Positions 10,546 to 19,787 of a stretch of 64,000 bases of DNA are shown in pieces; within the stretch, counting starts at the first letter, position 1, and each line of letters begins with the position of its first letter. The translations under genes and the position numbers were made by a program. The stretch spans positions 1,600,001-1,664,000 of the forward strand of contig CBDASK010000003.1 of NCBI GenBank assembly GCA_965199495.1. Direction: 5' to 3'. Source of the DNA: Abditibacterium sp. (GTDB lineage Bacteria; Armatimonadota; Abditibacteriia; Abditibacteriales; Abditibacteriaceae). The notes below the pieces were generated by a model, which was not told where the DNA came from, ran no database searches, and worked only from the letters and a program-made list of their open reading frames with translations.

Positions 10546-11004
10546 ATGTCCAATCACACCGATTTTCCCAATGGAGGGCACATCAAACCCGTAGATATTC
10601 TTTTAGTTGAAGATTCGCCGACCGACGTTTTACTGGCGCAGGAGGCGCTCGAACACGCCAAAGTTTTGAACACTTTGCACGTCGTTTCCGATGGCGTCGA
10701 GGCGATGACGTTTTTGCGCCGCGAAGGCGAATACGCCGATATGGAGCGGCCCGATCTGATTTTGCTCGACCTGAACTTGCCACGCAAAGACGGGCGCGAA
10801 GTGTTGGAAGAGATCAAAAATGACGAGGCCCTCAAGCGCATCCCAGTCGTCGTTCTCACCACTTCCAAAGCCGAGGAAGACGTGTTGCGCGCCTACGGCC
10901 TGCACGCCAACTGTTATATCAGCAAGCCAGTGGATTTCGAGCAGTTCGCCGATGTGGTCAAGGCCATCGAGACTTTTTGGTTCACCATCGTGCGCCTGCC
11001 GTAA
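10546..11004 (+). CDS. Single-domain response regulator (Rcp1-like)
   Basis: [30 protein letters not shown] and ANCYISKP. Confidence 0.92.
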   Translation: MSNHTDFPNGGHIKPVDILLVEDSPTDVLLAQEALEHAKVLNTLHVVSDGVEAMTFLRREGEYADMERPDLILLDLNLPRKDGREVLEEIKNDEALKRIPVVVLTTSKAEEDVLRAYGLHANCYISKPVDFEQFADVVKAIETFWFTIVRLP

Positions 11005-11034
11005 TTGGAGCGGGGTTTTCTTTCAAATTTTGCG

Positions 11035-12237
11035 ATGCAAACGTTTCACGATCCGGCCTCCGATCTGTCCGCCGCGCCCGCGCGCGAGGCGTTGCGCGTG
11101 TTGCTGGTCGAGGACAACCCGACCGACGCGCTGATGGTCGAAGTCGCGTTGGAAGAAATGAGCGCGCCCGCGCCCGTTCTGACGCACGTCGAATTGCTGT
11201 GCGACGCGAAAAGCGCGCTGGAAACGGAAGAATTCGACGTTGTCTTCATTGACCTGAACTTGCCCGATGGCGAAGGTTTGGGCAACTTCGAGCAATTGCA
11301 CGAACTATCGCCCGACCTGCCGATGATCGTTTTGACCGGTTTAGCCGACGAAAGCGTCGCCGTGGCTGCCATCGCGCGCGGCGCCTCGGATTATCTCATC
11401 AAAGGCGAGGCGCCCGCCGCCTTATTGGAACGCTCGATTCGCTACGCCATCGAGCGCAAGCGCAACGAGAACGGGCGTTTGGAACTGGTCAAAGCGCAAA
11501 TCGAGCGCGAAGAAGCCGAAGCCGCCAACGCCGCCAAAGACCAATTTTTAGCTACGATTTCGCACGAACTGCGCACGCCGCTCAACGCGATTATGGGTTG
11601 GACATCGCTCGTGCGCGGCGGCGATTTGGACGAAGAAACCACGCAACAGGCCCTCGAAGTTATCGAGCGCAACGCGCGCGTGCAAGCTCAACTCATCGAA
11701 GATTTGCTCGATGTTTCGCGCATTATTTCCGGCAATTTCCGGCTCGAATTCGGCGAAATAGACTTGTGCAGCATCGTCAAAGCGACGCAACTGACGCTGC
11801 AACCGCAACTTCAAAGCAAACAACTCGACCTGCAATTGGATTTGCAGCCCGTCGCCGAAATCTGCGGCGACCCGACGCGCTTGCAACAGGTCGTGTGGAA
11901 TTTATTGTCCAACGCGATCAAGTTCACGCCCGAAACTAAACAGGTGCGCGTCAGCACGCAGCAGTTCGGCGACCACATCATTCTGGAAGTTTCCGACGAC
12001 GGTCAAGGCATCGCGCCCAACGTGATTTCCCACATTTTCGACCGCTTTCGTCAGGCCGACGGCTCGACCACACGCCGCCACGGCGGCTTGGGTTTGGGCT
12101 TGGCCATCGTGCGCCACATCGTCGAACTGCATCACGGCACGGTTGACGTGCGCAGCGCGGGCGCCGGTCAGGGCACGACCTTCACCGTGACGTTGCCGAT
12201 GCGTAGCGCCGCCGAAGTCATCGAAGATTTCGCGTGA
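11035..12237 (+). CDS. REC-HisKA-HATPase hybrid kinase
   Basis: N-terminal receiver (VLLVEDN, IDLNLPD), SHELRTPL, NLLSNAIKF, GLGLGL. Confidence 0.9.
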   Translation: MQTFHDPASDLSAAPAREALRVLLVEDNPTDALMVEVALEEMSAPAPVLTHVELLCDAKSALETEEFDVVFIDLNLPDGEGLGNFEQLHELSPDLPMIVLTGLADESVAVAAIARGASDYLIKGEAPAALLERSIRYAIERKRNENGRLELVKAQIEREEAEAANAAKDQFLATISHELRTPLNAIMGWTSLVRGGDLDEETTQQALEVIERNARVQAQLIEDLLDVSRIISGNFRLEFGEIDLCSIVKATQLTLQPQLQSKQLDLQLDLQPVAEICGDPTRLQQVVWNLLSNAIKFTPETKQVRVSTQQFGDHIILEVSDDGQGIAPNVISHIFDRFRQADGSTTRRHGGLGLGLAIVRHIVELHHGTVDVRSAGAGQGTTFTVTLPMRSAAEVIEDFA

Positions 12238-12286
12238 ATTGTTTGAATTTCGGTTTGTATTTGCAAGGTCAAAACATGCAGAAGTG

Positions 12287-12452
12287 ACGCAGTTAGCCTC
12301 GCCTGTCATTTCGAGCGAAGCCGAGAAATCTTTTGCCTGCGCGGCAGCGTAAGTTCAATTCACATTCACCTTTAGGCTTTCGTATTACTGCGCTACCGCG
12401 AGGCAAAAGATTTCTCGGCTTCGCTCGAAATGACAGGCGAGGCCAACTGCGT
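12287..12452. repeat. Palindromic REP-like element, family A' (TGTCATTTCGAGCGAAGCCGAGAAATCT)
   Basis: Inverted arms; same core as 35788-35972. Confidence 0.9.
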
Positions 12453-12577
12453 TTTGCCTAAGCCAATTCACGTTGATCTCCGTGCGCTTATTCGTTCGTG
12501 CGCCAATTGGTAAAAAGCGTGCCTCACCAAACTCGCATTTTCGCGTTTGACGCGATGCGGTTTGGGAGATTTTTACT

Positions 12578-14059
12578 ATGGCCTTAATTCCCGGTGGCAC
12601 TCGTTCACGATTTGGCGGAGCAACGACGGCTCCGCCCGCGCCCAACGGCAACGGCGCGAATGGCAACGGCGAAATTCGCCCCAAAATCGTTGAGGTGCAG
12701 GACGACATGGCTGCTGCCGAGCCGGCGAAAACCGGCGGTCTGGCGGCGTTTCTCGAAGCCGAGATGCACATGCCCGACGACGAAGACGACACCGACTTCG
12801 ACGACGAGCTGTTGCGTTTGTCGCACAAAATCCACGAAGTTTTGGTGGATGAATTGGGCGGCCAACAGTTCAAGGCCGACGACCGCGACCGTTTGCGGCC
12901 CGTCGCCACGCAGGTCATGGCCGACGTTTTGAAAGACGAAAAGCCACTGATGCCCAAGCGCAAAGCGGTATTGGTCGAGGAAGTTTTGAACGAAGTTCTG
13001 GGCTTTGGCCCGATGCAATATCTGCTCAACGACCCGACGATTTCGGAAATTATGGTCAACTCGCCGACCGATATTTTCATCGAGCGCAAAGGCAAAATCT
13101 GCCGCTCCAAACGAAAATTCGTTGACCAAGATCACGTTCTCAACATCGTTGACCGCATCGTGCGCCCGTTGGGCAAAACCGCCAACGCGCGCACGCCCTT
13201 GGTTGACGGACGCTTGCCCGATGGAAGTCGCGTCAACATCGTGATTCCGCCGCTCGCTTTGAACGGGCCGAGCATGAGCATCCGCAAATTTTTTCAGAAG
13301 AAATTGGAAGCCGAAGCCTTGGTTGAGTTCGGTTCGATGACCGAGCCGATGCGTATTTTCCTCGAAGCCGCCGTCAAAGCGCGTATGAACTGCATCATCG
13401 CGGGCGGCACCGGTTCGGGCAAAACTACGACGCTCAACATCACGAGCAACTTCATTCCGCAAACCGAGCGCGTCGTCACCATCGAAGACGCCGCCGAATT
13501 GCAGGTTTACATTCCCAATCTGGTGCGCATGGAATCGCGCCCGGCCAACATCGAAGGCGAAGGCGAAGTCACGATTCGCGATCTGGTCAAAAACGCGTTG
13601 CGTATGCGTCCCGACCGCATCATCGTCGGCGAGTGTCGCGGCGGCGAAACGCTCGATATGTTGCAGGCGATGAACACCGGCCACGAGGGCAGTCTGTCCA
13701 CGGTTCACTCCAACTCGCCGCGTGATACGGTTTCTCGTTTGGAAACGCTGTGCCTGATGAGCGGTTTAGATTTGCCGATTCGCGTGATTTCCAAACAGAT
13801 TTCGTCGGCGATTAACCTCATCGTGCAGCAAGCGCGTCTGTCGGACGGCTCGCGCAAAGTGACGCACATCACCGAGGTGCAGGGAATGGAAGGCGACACG
13901 CTGCTGTTGCAAGATATTTTCATCTTCGACCAGAAAGGCCGCAGTTCCGACGGCAAAGTGATCGGCAGACATCGCGCGACGGGTTTTCGTCCCAAGTGCG
14001 TCCACGAAATCGAAGCCCGTGGCTACGATTTGCCGCGCAATTTGTTTCAACCCGATTGA
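12578..14059 (+). CDS. cpaF: Tad/Flp pilus assembly ATPase CpaF/TadA
   Basis: [35 protein letters not shown] and AMNTGHEGS. Confidence 0.95.
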   Translation: MALIPGGTRSRFGGATTAPPAPNGNGANGNGEIRPKIVEVQDDMAAAEPAKTGGLAAFLEAEMHMPDDEDDTDFDDELLRLSHKIHEVLVDELGGQQFKADDRDRLRPVATQVMADVLKDEKPLMPKRKAVLVEEVLNEVLGFGPMQYLLNDPTISEIMVNSPTDIFIERKGKICRSKRKFVDQDHVLNIVDRIVRPLGKTANARTPLVDGRLPDGSRVNIVIPPLALNGPSMSIRKFFQKKLEAEALVEFGSMTEPMRIFLEAAVKARMNCIIAGGTGSGKTTTLNITSNFIPQTERVVTIEDAAELQVYIPNLVRMESRPANIEGEGEVTIRDLVKNALRMRPDRIIVGECRGGETLDMLQAMNTGHEGSLSTVHSNSPRDTVSRLETLCLMSGLDLPIRVISKQISSAINLIVQQARLSDGSRKVTHITEVQGMEGDTLLLQDIFIFDQKGRSSDGKVIGRHRATGFRPKCVHEIEARGYDLPRNLFQPD

Positions 14060-14097
14060 TTTGCGCCCTTGGCTTAATTCGATTTAAGATCGATAAT

Positions 14098-15594
14098 TCA
14101 CGCGTAACTCGCCAAAAACTTCGGCGGGCGGCGCGCCATCGTCGCTTGCTCCCAAGCGTAGGCGATGGCGATTAATTTCGGCTCGGAGAACGCGCGACCG
14201 AAAAACGAAAGGCCAATCGGCAGTTCGCAAATGAAACCCGACGGCACCGTGATATTGGGATAACCCGCGACCGCCGCCAGACTGGAACTGGAAACGTAAT
14301 TGGTCGGGCAATCGCCATTAACTAAATCAATCAGCCAGACCGGCGCGTTCGACGGCGCGACGATGGCGTCGAGATCGCCTTGGTTCATCACGAGGTCAAT
14401 GCCTTTTTCCCGCGTCAATTGTTTGGCGCGCGCCAGAGCGGCTCGATATTCGGGCGCGCTCAAATCGCCTTTGGCGTCGGCTTTGACCAATGTTTCCTGT
14501 CCGAAATAACGCAGCTCTCGGTCGGCGTGGCTGCTGTTGAAGGCGATGAGTTTGGCCAGCGAATTATGTTCGCCGCCGCGTTGTTTTAAATAGGCGTTTA
14601 AATCGTGCTTGAACTCGTGGAGCAAAACCTCGAATTCGTCGGCGCCGAAATTATCGAGATCGGGAAAATGAACGTCTACCAATTGGGCGCCGCACGCGCT
14701 TAACGTTTGTAAATTGCGCTCCATCAACGCGTCAACGCGCGCGTTGCGCCCGAAATATTGGCGTGCCACGCCCAACTTCGCGCCGCGTAGTCCAGTTTTA
14801 TCGAGGAATCGCGTGTAATCGAGTTCGCGCGGCACGCCGACTGTTATCGCATCGGCATCGTCTGCGCCCGCCAAAACGTTAAGCAAAATCGCCGCATCGG
14901 CGACGCAGCGTGTCATCGGGCCAGCGGTGTCTTGGCTGTGCGCGATGGGAATGATGCCGCTACGCGAAATCAAACCCAACGTCGGTTTAATCCCGACGAT
15001 GCCGTTGACCGCCGACGGACAAACGATGGAGCCGTCGGTTTCGGTGCCCACGGCAACCGCGCACAGATTAGCAGCCACGGCGACGCCCGAACCCGACGAC
15101 GAACCGCACGGACTGCGATCCAAAATGTAGGGATTGCGTGTTTGGCCGCCGCGCGCCGACCAACCGCTCGACGAATGGTCGCTGCGAAAATTGGCCCACT
15201 CGCTCAAGTTGGTTTTGCCCAAAATTATCGCGCCCGCCGCGCGCAAACGGCTCACGAGAAAAGCGTCGCGTTGCGGCGTTGGAGCATCGCCCAGTGCCAG
15301 ACTGCCCGCCGTTGTTTTCATCGCGTCGGCGCTGTCAATGTTGTCTTTGAGCAAAATCGGAATGCCGTGCAATGGCGAACGAACCGAGCCGTTGGCGCGC
15401 TCAATGTCCGCGCGATGCGCCAGCGATAACGCATCGGCGTTGAGTTCGATGACTGATTGAAGCGATTCGTCCAACTGCTCGATGCGGCGCAGATAAATCT
15501 CGGTGAGTTGCCGCGCGCTCACGGCGCCGGAGTTCATCGCGGCTTGCAACTCGGCCACGGTTTTTTCTTCGACGGCAAAGGGAATTTCGCTCAT
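14098..15594 (-). CDS. Amidase signature family protein
   Basis: LHGIPILLKDNI, GKTNLSEWANFRS, GSSSGS and GTETDGSI. Confidence 0.92.
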   Translation of the reverse strand: MSEIPFAVEEKTVAELQAAMNSGAVSARQLTEIYLRRIEQLDESLQSVIELNADALSLAHRADIERANGSVRSPLHGIPILLKDNIDSADAMKTTAGSLALGDAPTPQRDAFLVSRLRAAGAIILGKTNLSEWANFRSDHSSSGWSARGGQTRNPYILDRSPCGSSSGSGVAVAANLCAVAVGTETDGSIVCPSAVNGIVGIKPTLGLISRSGIIPIAHSQDTAGPMTRCVADAAILLNVLAGADDADAITVGVPRELDYTRFLDKTGLRGAKLGVARQYFGRNARVDALMERNLQTLSACGAQLVDVHFPDLDNFGADEFEVLLHEFKHDLNAYLKQRGGEHNSLAKLIAFNSSHADRELRYFGQETLVKADAKGDLSAPEYRAALARAKQLTREKGIDLVMNQGDLDAIVAPSNAPVWLIDLVNGDCPTNYVSSSSLAAVAGYPNITVPSGFICELPIGLSFFGRAFSEPKLIAIAYAWEQATMARRPPKFLASYA

Positions 15595-15749
15595 GGGGAA
15601 TTACGTGGCACTCAAAAAAAGGCCAATGCTGTGAATGACAGCTTTTGTGCTTAAACATCGCGCCCGAAATGGGGCGCGATGTGGAATACAACTTTTGATT
15701 TTACAATCGCTGGACTGAGCGCGCGTTTCGATTAGCGCGACTTTTTGCT

Positions 15750-16715
15750 ATGGAAACACTCATCGTCGGAATGGTGATCTTCAACGTGGTGGCCTTGGTC
15801 GCCATGAAGGCGCTCAAGAAAAAACCGTCCGCCATCACCACCGATGGCGTTTCGGTCGAGGCCACACAGGCCAATTTGACGCGCGCCAAAACCGAGAAAT
15901 TCACGCTGTTGGCGCGGCTGTTCAAAGGCCGCAAAGAATCCAACGCCATCGAGCGCAACTTGGTGACCGCCAACATCTTGCTCAAACCGAGCGAGTTTCT
16001 GGCGATTAACCTGGTCGTCGAAGTCGTGTTCTTGATTTTGGCGGTCGTCGCGCTACGCTTCATGTCCAACGACGGCGCTTTTGTCACCCTGCTCAAGCGC
16101 ATGGGTTTTCTGGCGTTCATGATCTTCATCGGCTGGCGCGGCCCGCAGATGGTGCTGGCGTTTTTAGCTGGCAAGCGGCGCAACACTTTGGAAATCCAAT
16201 TGGCCGATGCGCTGACGATTATCTCCAGCTCGCTCAAAGGTGGCTACTCGTTTGTGCAGGGTTTGGATATGGCGGGCACCCAGATGGAAGAGCCAATTAA
16301 AGGCGAAATTCAGCGCGTGATTCGGCTGATTCAACTGGGTTTGGACACGCCCAAGGCGCTATTGCAAATGTCGGATCGAGTCAATTCCTACGATTACGAC
16401 ATGACGATTTCGGCGACCAACATTCAGTTGGCTGTCGGCGGCAACTTGTCCTCGCTGTTGGAAGGCATCGCCGCCACGATTCGCGACCGCATCCGTTTGC
16501 GGCGCGACATCGCGGCGCTGACGGCGCAGGGCCGCATTTCGGGCGGCATTTTGTTCGTTTTGCCCATCGGCATCGCCTGTTTTTTGTGCGTCATCAACTG
16601 GGAATACATGTCGGCGCTCTTCACGCCGATTGGCTTCAACTTTCTTTATATGGCGGCGGGCCAACAGGCGGCAGGCTTTTTCTGGATCAAAAAACTGCTC
16701 GATTTCGATAATTAA
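15750..16715 (+). CDS. tadB: Tad pilus inner-membrane protein TadB (T2SS F family)
   Basis: QLADAL...SLKGGYS, GGNL...IAATIRDR...ALTAQGRISG, TM helices. Confidence 0.9.
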   Translation: METLIVGMVIFNVVALVAMKALKKKPSAITTDGVSVEATQANLTRAKTEKFTLLARLFKGRKESNAIERNLVTANILLKPSEFLAINLVVEVVFLILAVVALRFMSNDGAFVTLLKRMGFLAFMIFIGWRGPQMVLAFLAGKRRNTLEIQLADALTIISSSLKGGYSFVQGLDMAGTQMEEPIKGEIQRVIRLIQLGLDTPKALLQMSDRVNSYDYDMTISATNIQLAVGGNLSSLLEGIAATIRDRIRLRRDIAALTAQGRISGGILFVLPIGIACFLCVINWEYMSALFTPIGFNFLYMAAGQQAAGFFWIKKLLDFDN

Positions 16716-16745
16716 CGACGGGATTTCCAACCATCTCCAAGCATC

Positions 16746-17756
16746 ATGGATCATTTACTTTCAATTACTCTGGTGACTGTCTGGGTCGGCTTTTTGGTCG
16801 CGATGGGCAAAGTTCTATCGGAGCAGATGTCGCGTTCGGGCTTCAAAAAGCGCATTCAGCGCACTTTGATGACCGACGATGAACTCGTCGAATCAATGAT
16901 GAAAGACGACGAGCCGAAGAATACCGACATGGACAAATCGTTCGTGGCGCGCATTCTGGGGCCGATTGTCGTCCGATTTGGCGAGTTCTTCAAGTCGTCG
17001 GCGCGCGACGCGGCGGGCGGACAAATCCGCGAAATGCTCGAACAGGCCGGACATCCACTGGGCATGCACTACCCGCAATTTCTGGGTCTCAAACTGTTCT
17101 GTCTGATGGCGTTTTTCGTCATCGGAACGATCACTTCATTTATCGGCGTGCCCATGCTGATGAAATTGGGCGGACTGGCCGACGATTTCGCCACGCGCAC
17201 GCTGTTACAACTGCTGTGGCTGGTTATTTTCGCCTATCTCGGCTTCACCGGCCCGACGTTTTGGTTGCGCCGCACCGTCAATAAGCGCATCAAACAAATC
17301 CGCAAAGCGATGGCCGACGTCGTAGATTTAATCGTGCTGGCCATCGAAGCCGGTCTGGGTTTCGACCAAGCCGTCGGTCAGGCCGTCGCCAAAACGAGCG
17401 GCCCTTTGACCGACGAATTGGCGCGCGTTTTGGACGAAATCCGCGTCGGCAAACCGCAGGGCGAAGCGTTTCGCGATATGTCCAAACGCGTGCGCATGTC
17501 GGAACTCACGCTACTCGTGGCTGCCATTGACCAGGCCACGCGCATGGGAACCGGACTTTCGCAGGCTCTGCGCTTGCAATCTACCGAAATTCGCGAACGC
17601 CGCATGGCTTTCATCCGCGAGCAGGCCGGAAAACTGCCCGTCAAAATGATGATGCCACTGGTGTTTTGTATTTTCCCCGCGCTGTTCGTGGTAATTCTCG
17701 GCCCCGCCGCCGTCAAAATGATCTTGATGTCGCAAGCGGGCGAACTGCCTTCGTAA
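16746..17756 (+). CDS. tadC: Tad pilus inner-membrane protein TadC
   Basis: DLIVLAIEAGLGFDQA, ALRLQSTEIRERR and EQAGKLPVKMMMPLVFCIFPALFVVILGP. Confidence 0.9.
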   Translation: MDHLLSITLVTVWVGFLVAMGKVLSEQMSRSGFKKRIQRTLMTDDELVESMMKDDEPKNTDMDKSFVARILGPIVVRFGEFFKSSARDAAGGQIREMLEQAGHPLGMHYPQFLGLKLFCLMAFFVIGTITSFIGVPMLMKLGGLADDFATRTLLQLLWLVIFAYLGFTGPTFWLRRTVNKRIKQIRKAMADVVDLIVLAIEAGLGFDQAVGQAVAKTSGPLTDELARVLDEIRVGKPQGEAFRDMSKRVRMSELTLLVAAIDQATRMGTGLSQALRLQSTEIRERRMAFIREQAGKLPVKMMMPLVFCIFPALFVVILGPAAVKMILMSQAGELPS

Positions 17757-17771
17757 GTTGTGGACAAAGTG

Positions 17772-17807
17772 AAAGCCGCCGCTCTCAGTTGGAGCGGCGG
17801 CTTTTTT
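17772..17807 (+). terminator. Intrinsic terminator after tadC
   Basis: AAAGCCGCCGCTC...GAGCGGCGGCTTTTTT. Confidence 0.8.
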
Positions 17808-17853
17808 AGCTCAGCTCGCATTATTTTCAGCGTGAAGTTAGCGGGGCTTGCGC

Positions 17854-18077
17854 CTAAAGGGATTGAATTGAGTTGGAAGGGCTTATAATTCACCCCCCAC
17901 TGCCTTCGGCATCTCCCCCCTCCGAGAGGGGAAGAATGCCTCAGTTATTTCGCCGCTTCGCATTGACCAAGAAAGCTCTTTTACCTGATGAGGCATTCTT
18001 CCCCTTTCGGAGGGGAGATGCCGAAGGCAGTGGGAGTGTGAATTATAAGCCCTTCCAACTCAATTCAATCCCTTTAG
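17854..18077. repeat. Long palindromic REP-like element, family B (CCTTCGG.CATCTCCCC...GGGG)
   Basis: Inverted arms of about 90 bp; core related to 21813-21993. Confidence 0.85.
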
Positions 18078-18094
18078 CGATGAATTCCGCACTT

Positions 18095-19522
18095 CTACCG
18101 CTTCAACCAAACATGAGCCTCGACAAATTTTGCCGCGCGCGCCTTGTCGCTCATCGCAATCCACGCGATCATGCCGCGCGCGTAACTTAGCGCGTCGCGC
18201 CCGATATGCTGGCTCATCTGTTCGGCGCCGATTTGTTCGTAGCGGTGCAAAAACGCGCGAAATTTGCGCAAATCACCCCGCGAAACGCGCGGCCCATCGG
18301 CGTCTTGCGCGTTGACGACCAAACCCGTCACGACCTGGCGCGCGTGCGGGCGCATGACGGCGGTTTTCTCGTCGTTGACGACCAACTTTTCGTCGGCCAC
18401 GACGCGGCGCGTTAATCCAATTAACTTGTTGACATCGGCGTTGCCATCGTCGCTGGAAAACACCAAATCGTCGGCGTAGCGCGAATAGACGAAGCCCAGC
18501 GTTTGCGCGATGCCGCTCAAGCGCGCGTCCAGACGGCGGCACAGCAAATTGGTGATCGTCGGCGAAGTGCAGGCGCCCTGCGGCAAAACGCGCTCGCCGA
18601 CCGCGACGTAGCGTTTGGTTTCGTCTAAAGTTAATTCGACGCGCGGCGCTTCGGTCGCAAGTAGCGCCAGCATGGTAGAGATGCCCTCGTTGTAACCAAA
18701 ATTCTGAAACAAATTTTTGACGCGTTTGAAGCCGATGGACGGAAAGAAATCTTTCAGGTCAATGCGCACGACGACGGCGCGGCTCGCGTGACGCCGCGCG
18801 TTTTCGACGACCGACGCGCCCGGCGCGAACGCCGTGGCTGCATTATGAATCGGCAACGGCTTCAAAACATTTTCCAGCAACCAACTTTGCGCGACGCGCA
18901 GGCGCGTTTTGGGCGACGAAACGTTGCGCATTCCGCCGCGTTTTTTGGGAATTTGAAACCGATAATAATGATCCACCGACGAGGCGCCGCGATGATAACA
19001 CAGCCACGTCAACTCGCTCGGCGCAATGCCAATTGCGCCCGCGATGTCGGCGGGATTTTGCAGCGCGGGCACGCCCAAACGCTGGCGTTGCGTCTGGTCG
19101 CCGCCTTCAAAATTCAAGCCCTGCGAAACGCCGTGCCCCAAAAACTGCGGCTCACTGGCGCGCTTATTTTTCCACAACTCCGCGCGCTTAACGGCCTCGC
19201 GCGCCTTGCGCTCGCGCCGTTCTTCGCGCTGGGCTTTGACGCGCGCGATGCGGCGCGCCCGAATCTCGTCGAGCGCGCCCTGCACATCGGCGGTTTTGGC
19301 GATTTCGGCCTCGATTTCGGTGAGTTCGCGGCGTAAAGGCGCCAATTCGCGGTCGAGTCGCGCGACTTCGCGTTCGGCGATTTCGATTTGCTCTTTCAAG
19401 CCTTCGGGCGGCGGCCAAAATCCCAGACGGCGCATTTCGGCCATCTCGAAGGCCTCTTTGCCTTCCTCTTTGATGCGGGCGCGCCAGTCTCTGGGCACAG
19501 ATTCGTTTTCAATTTCAGCCAT
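18095..19522 (-). CDS. Retron-type reverse transcriptase with a long charged N-terminal extension (Mx162-like)
   Basis: RT motifs IDLKDFFPSI, LPQGACTSP and YSRYADDL, plus the retron signatures NARRH (region X, NAxxH) and VVTGLVV (region Y, VTG). About 150 aa of helical N-terminal extension. Confidence 0.93.
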   Translation of the reverse strand: MAEIENESVPRDWRARIKEEGKEAFEMAEMRRLGFWPPPEGLKEQIEIAEREVARLDRELAPLRRELTEIEAEIAKTADVQGALDEIRARRIARVKAQREERRERKAREAVKRAELWKNKRASEPQFLGHGVSQGLNFEGGDQTQRQRLGVPALQNPADIAGAIGIAPSELTWLCYHRGASSVDHYYRFQIPKKRGGMRNVSSPKTRLRVAQSWLLENVLKPLPIHNAATAFAPGASVVENARRHASRAVVVRIDLKDFFPSIGFKRVKNLFQNFGYNEGISTMLALLATEAPRVELTLDETKRYVAVGERVLPQGACTSPTITNLLCRRLDARLSGIAQTLGFVYSRYADDLVFSSDDGNADVNKLIGLTRRVVADEKLVVNDEKTAVMRPHARQVVTGLVVNAQDADGPRVSRGDLRKFRAFLHRYEQIGAEQMSQHIGRDALSYARGMIAWIAMSDKARAAKFVEAHVWLKR

Positions 19523-19545
19523 AATTAACTCTCTTTTTCCGTTTT

Positions 19546-19787
19546 GTTGAAGAAGGTATGAGGTTTGGCCCCCTCCCGCCGCCCAGAGGGCACCCGGCTC
19601 CCCCGTTCCGGGAGAGGGAGCTACGTTTCAGTCGCCGCTACGATACGGAGCTTGCTTTAAAGTTTGAAATCGGCACCGTTCACAACGTTTAAGCAAGCTG
19701 CGAAAACTAACGGCGACTGAAACGTAGCTCCCTCCCCCGTGCCGGGAGAGGGTTGGGGAGGGGGCTGAACCTCATACTCTCTTCAAC
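19546..19787. repeat. Palindromic REP-like element (CTCCCCCGTTCCGGGAGAGGG core) between the SWIM gene and the RT
   Basis: Nested inverted arms. The same core occurs at 46917-47078, outside the retron locus. Confidence 0.75.

Noticed and set aside
18095..19522. Group II intron, DGR or CRISPR-associated RT
   Set aside because: It has the retron NAxxH and VTG signatures. I see no maturase or endonuclease domain, no TR/VR pair with adenine-specific mismatches, and no cas1.
19523..19787. Structured region immediately upstream of the RT as the retron msr/msd
   Set aside because: Its core (CTCCCCCGTTCCGGGAGAGGG) recurs at 46917-47078 in an unrelated operon, so it looks like a REP-like element. The units at 25622-26166 fit retron architecture far better. 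It cannot be fully excluded without msDNA sequencing.
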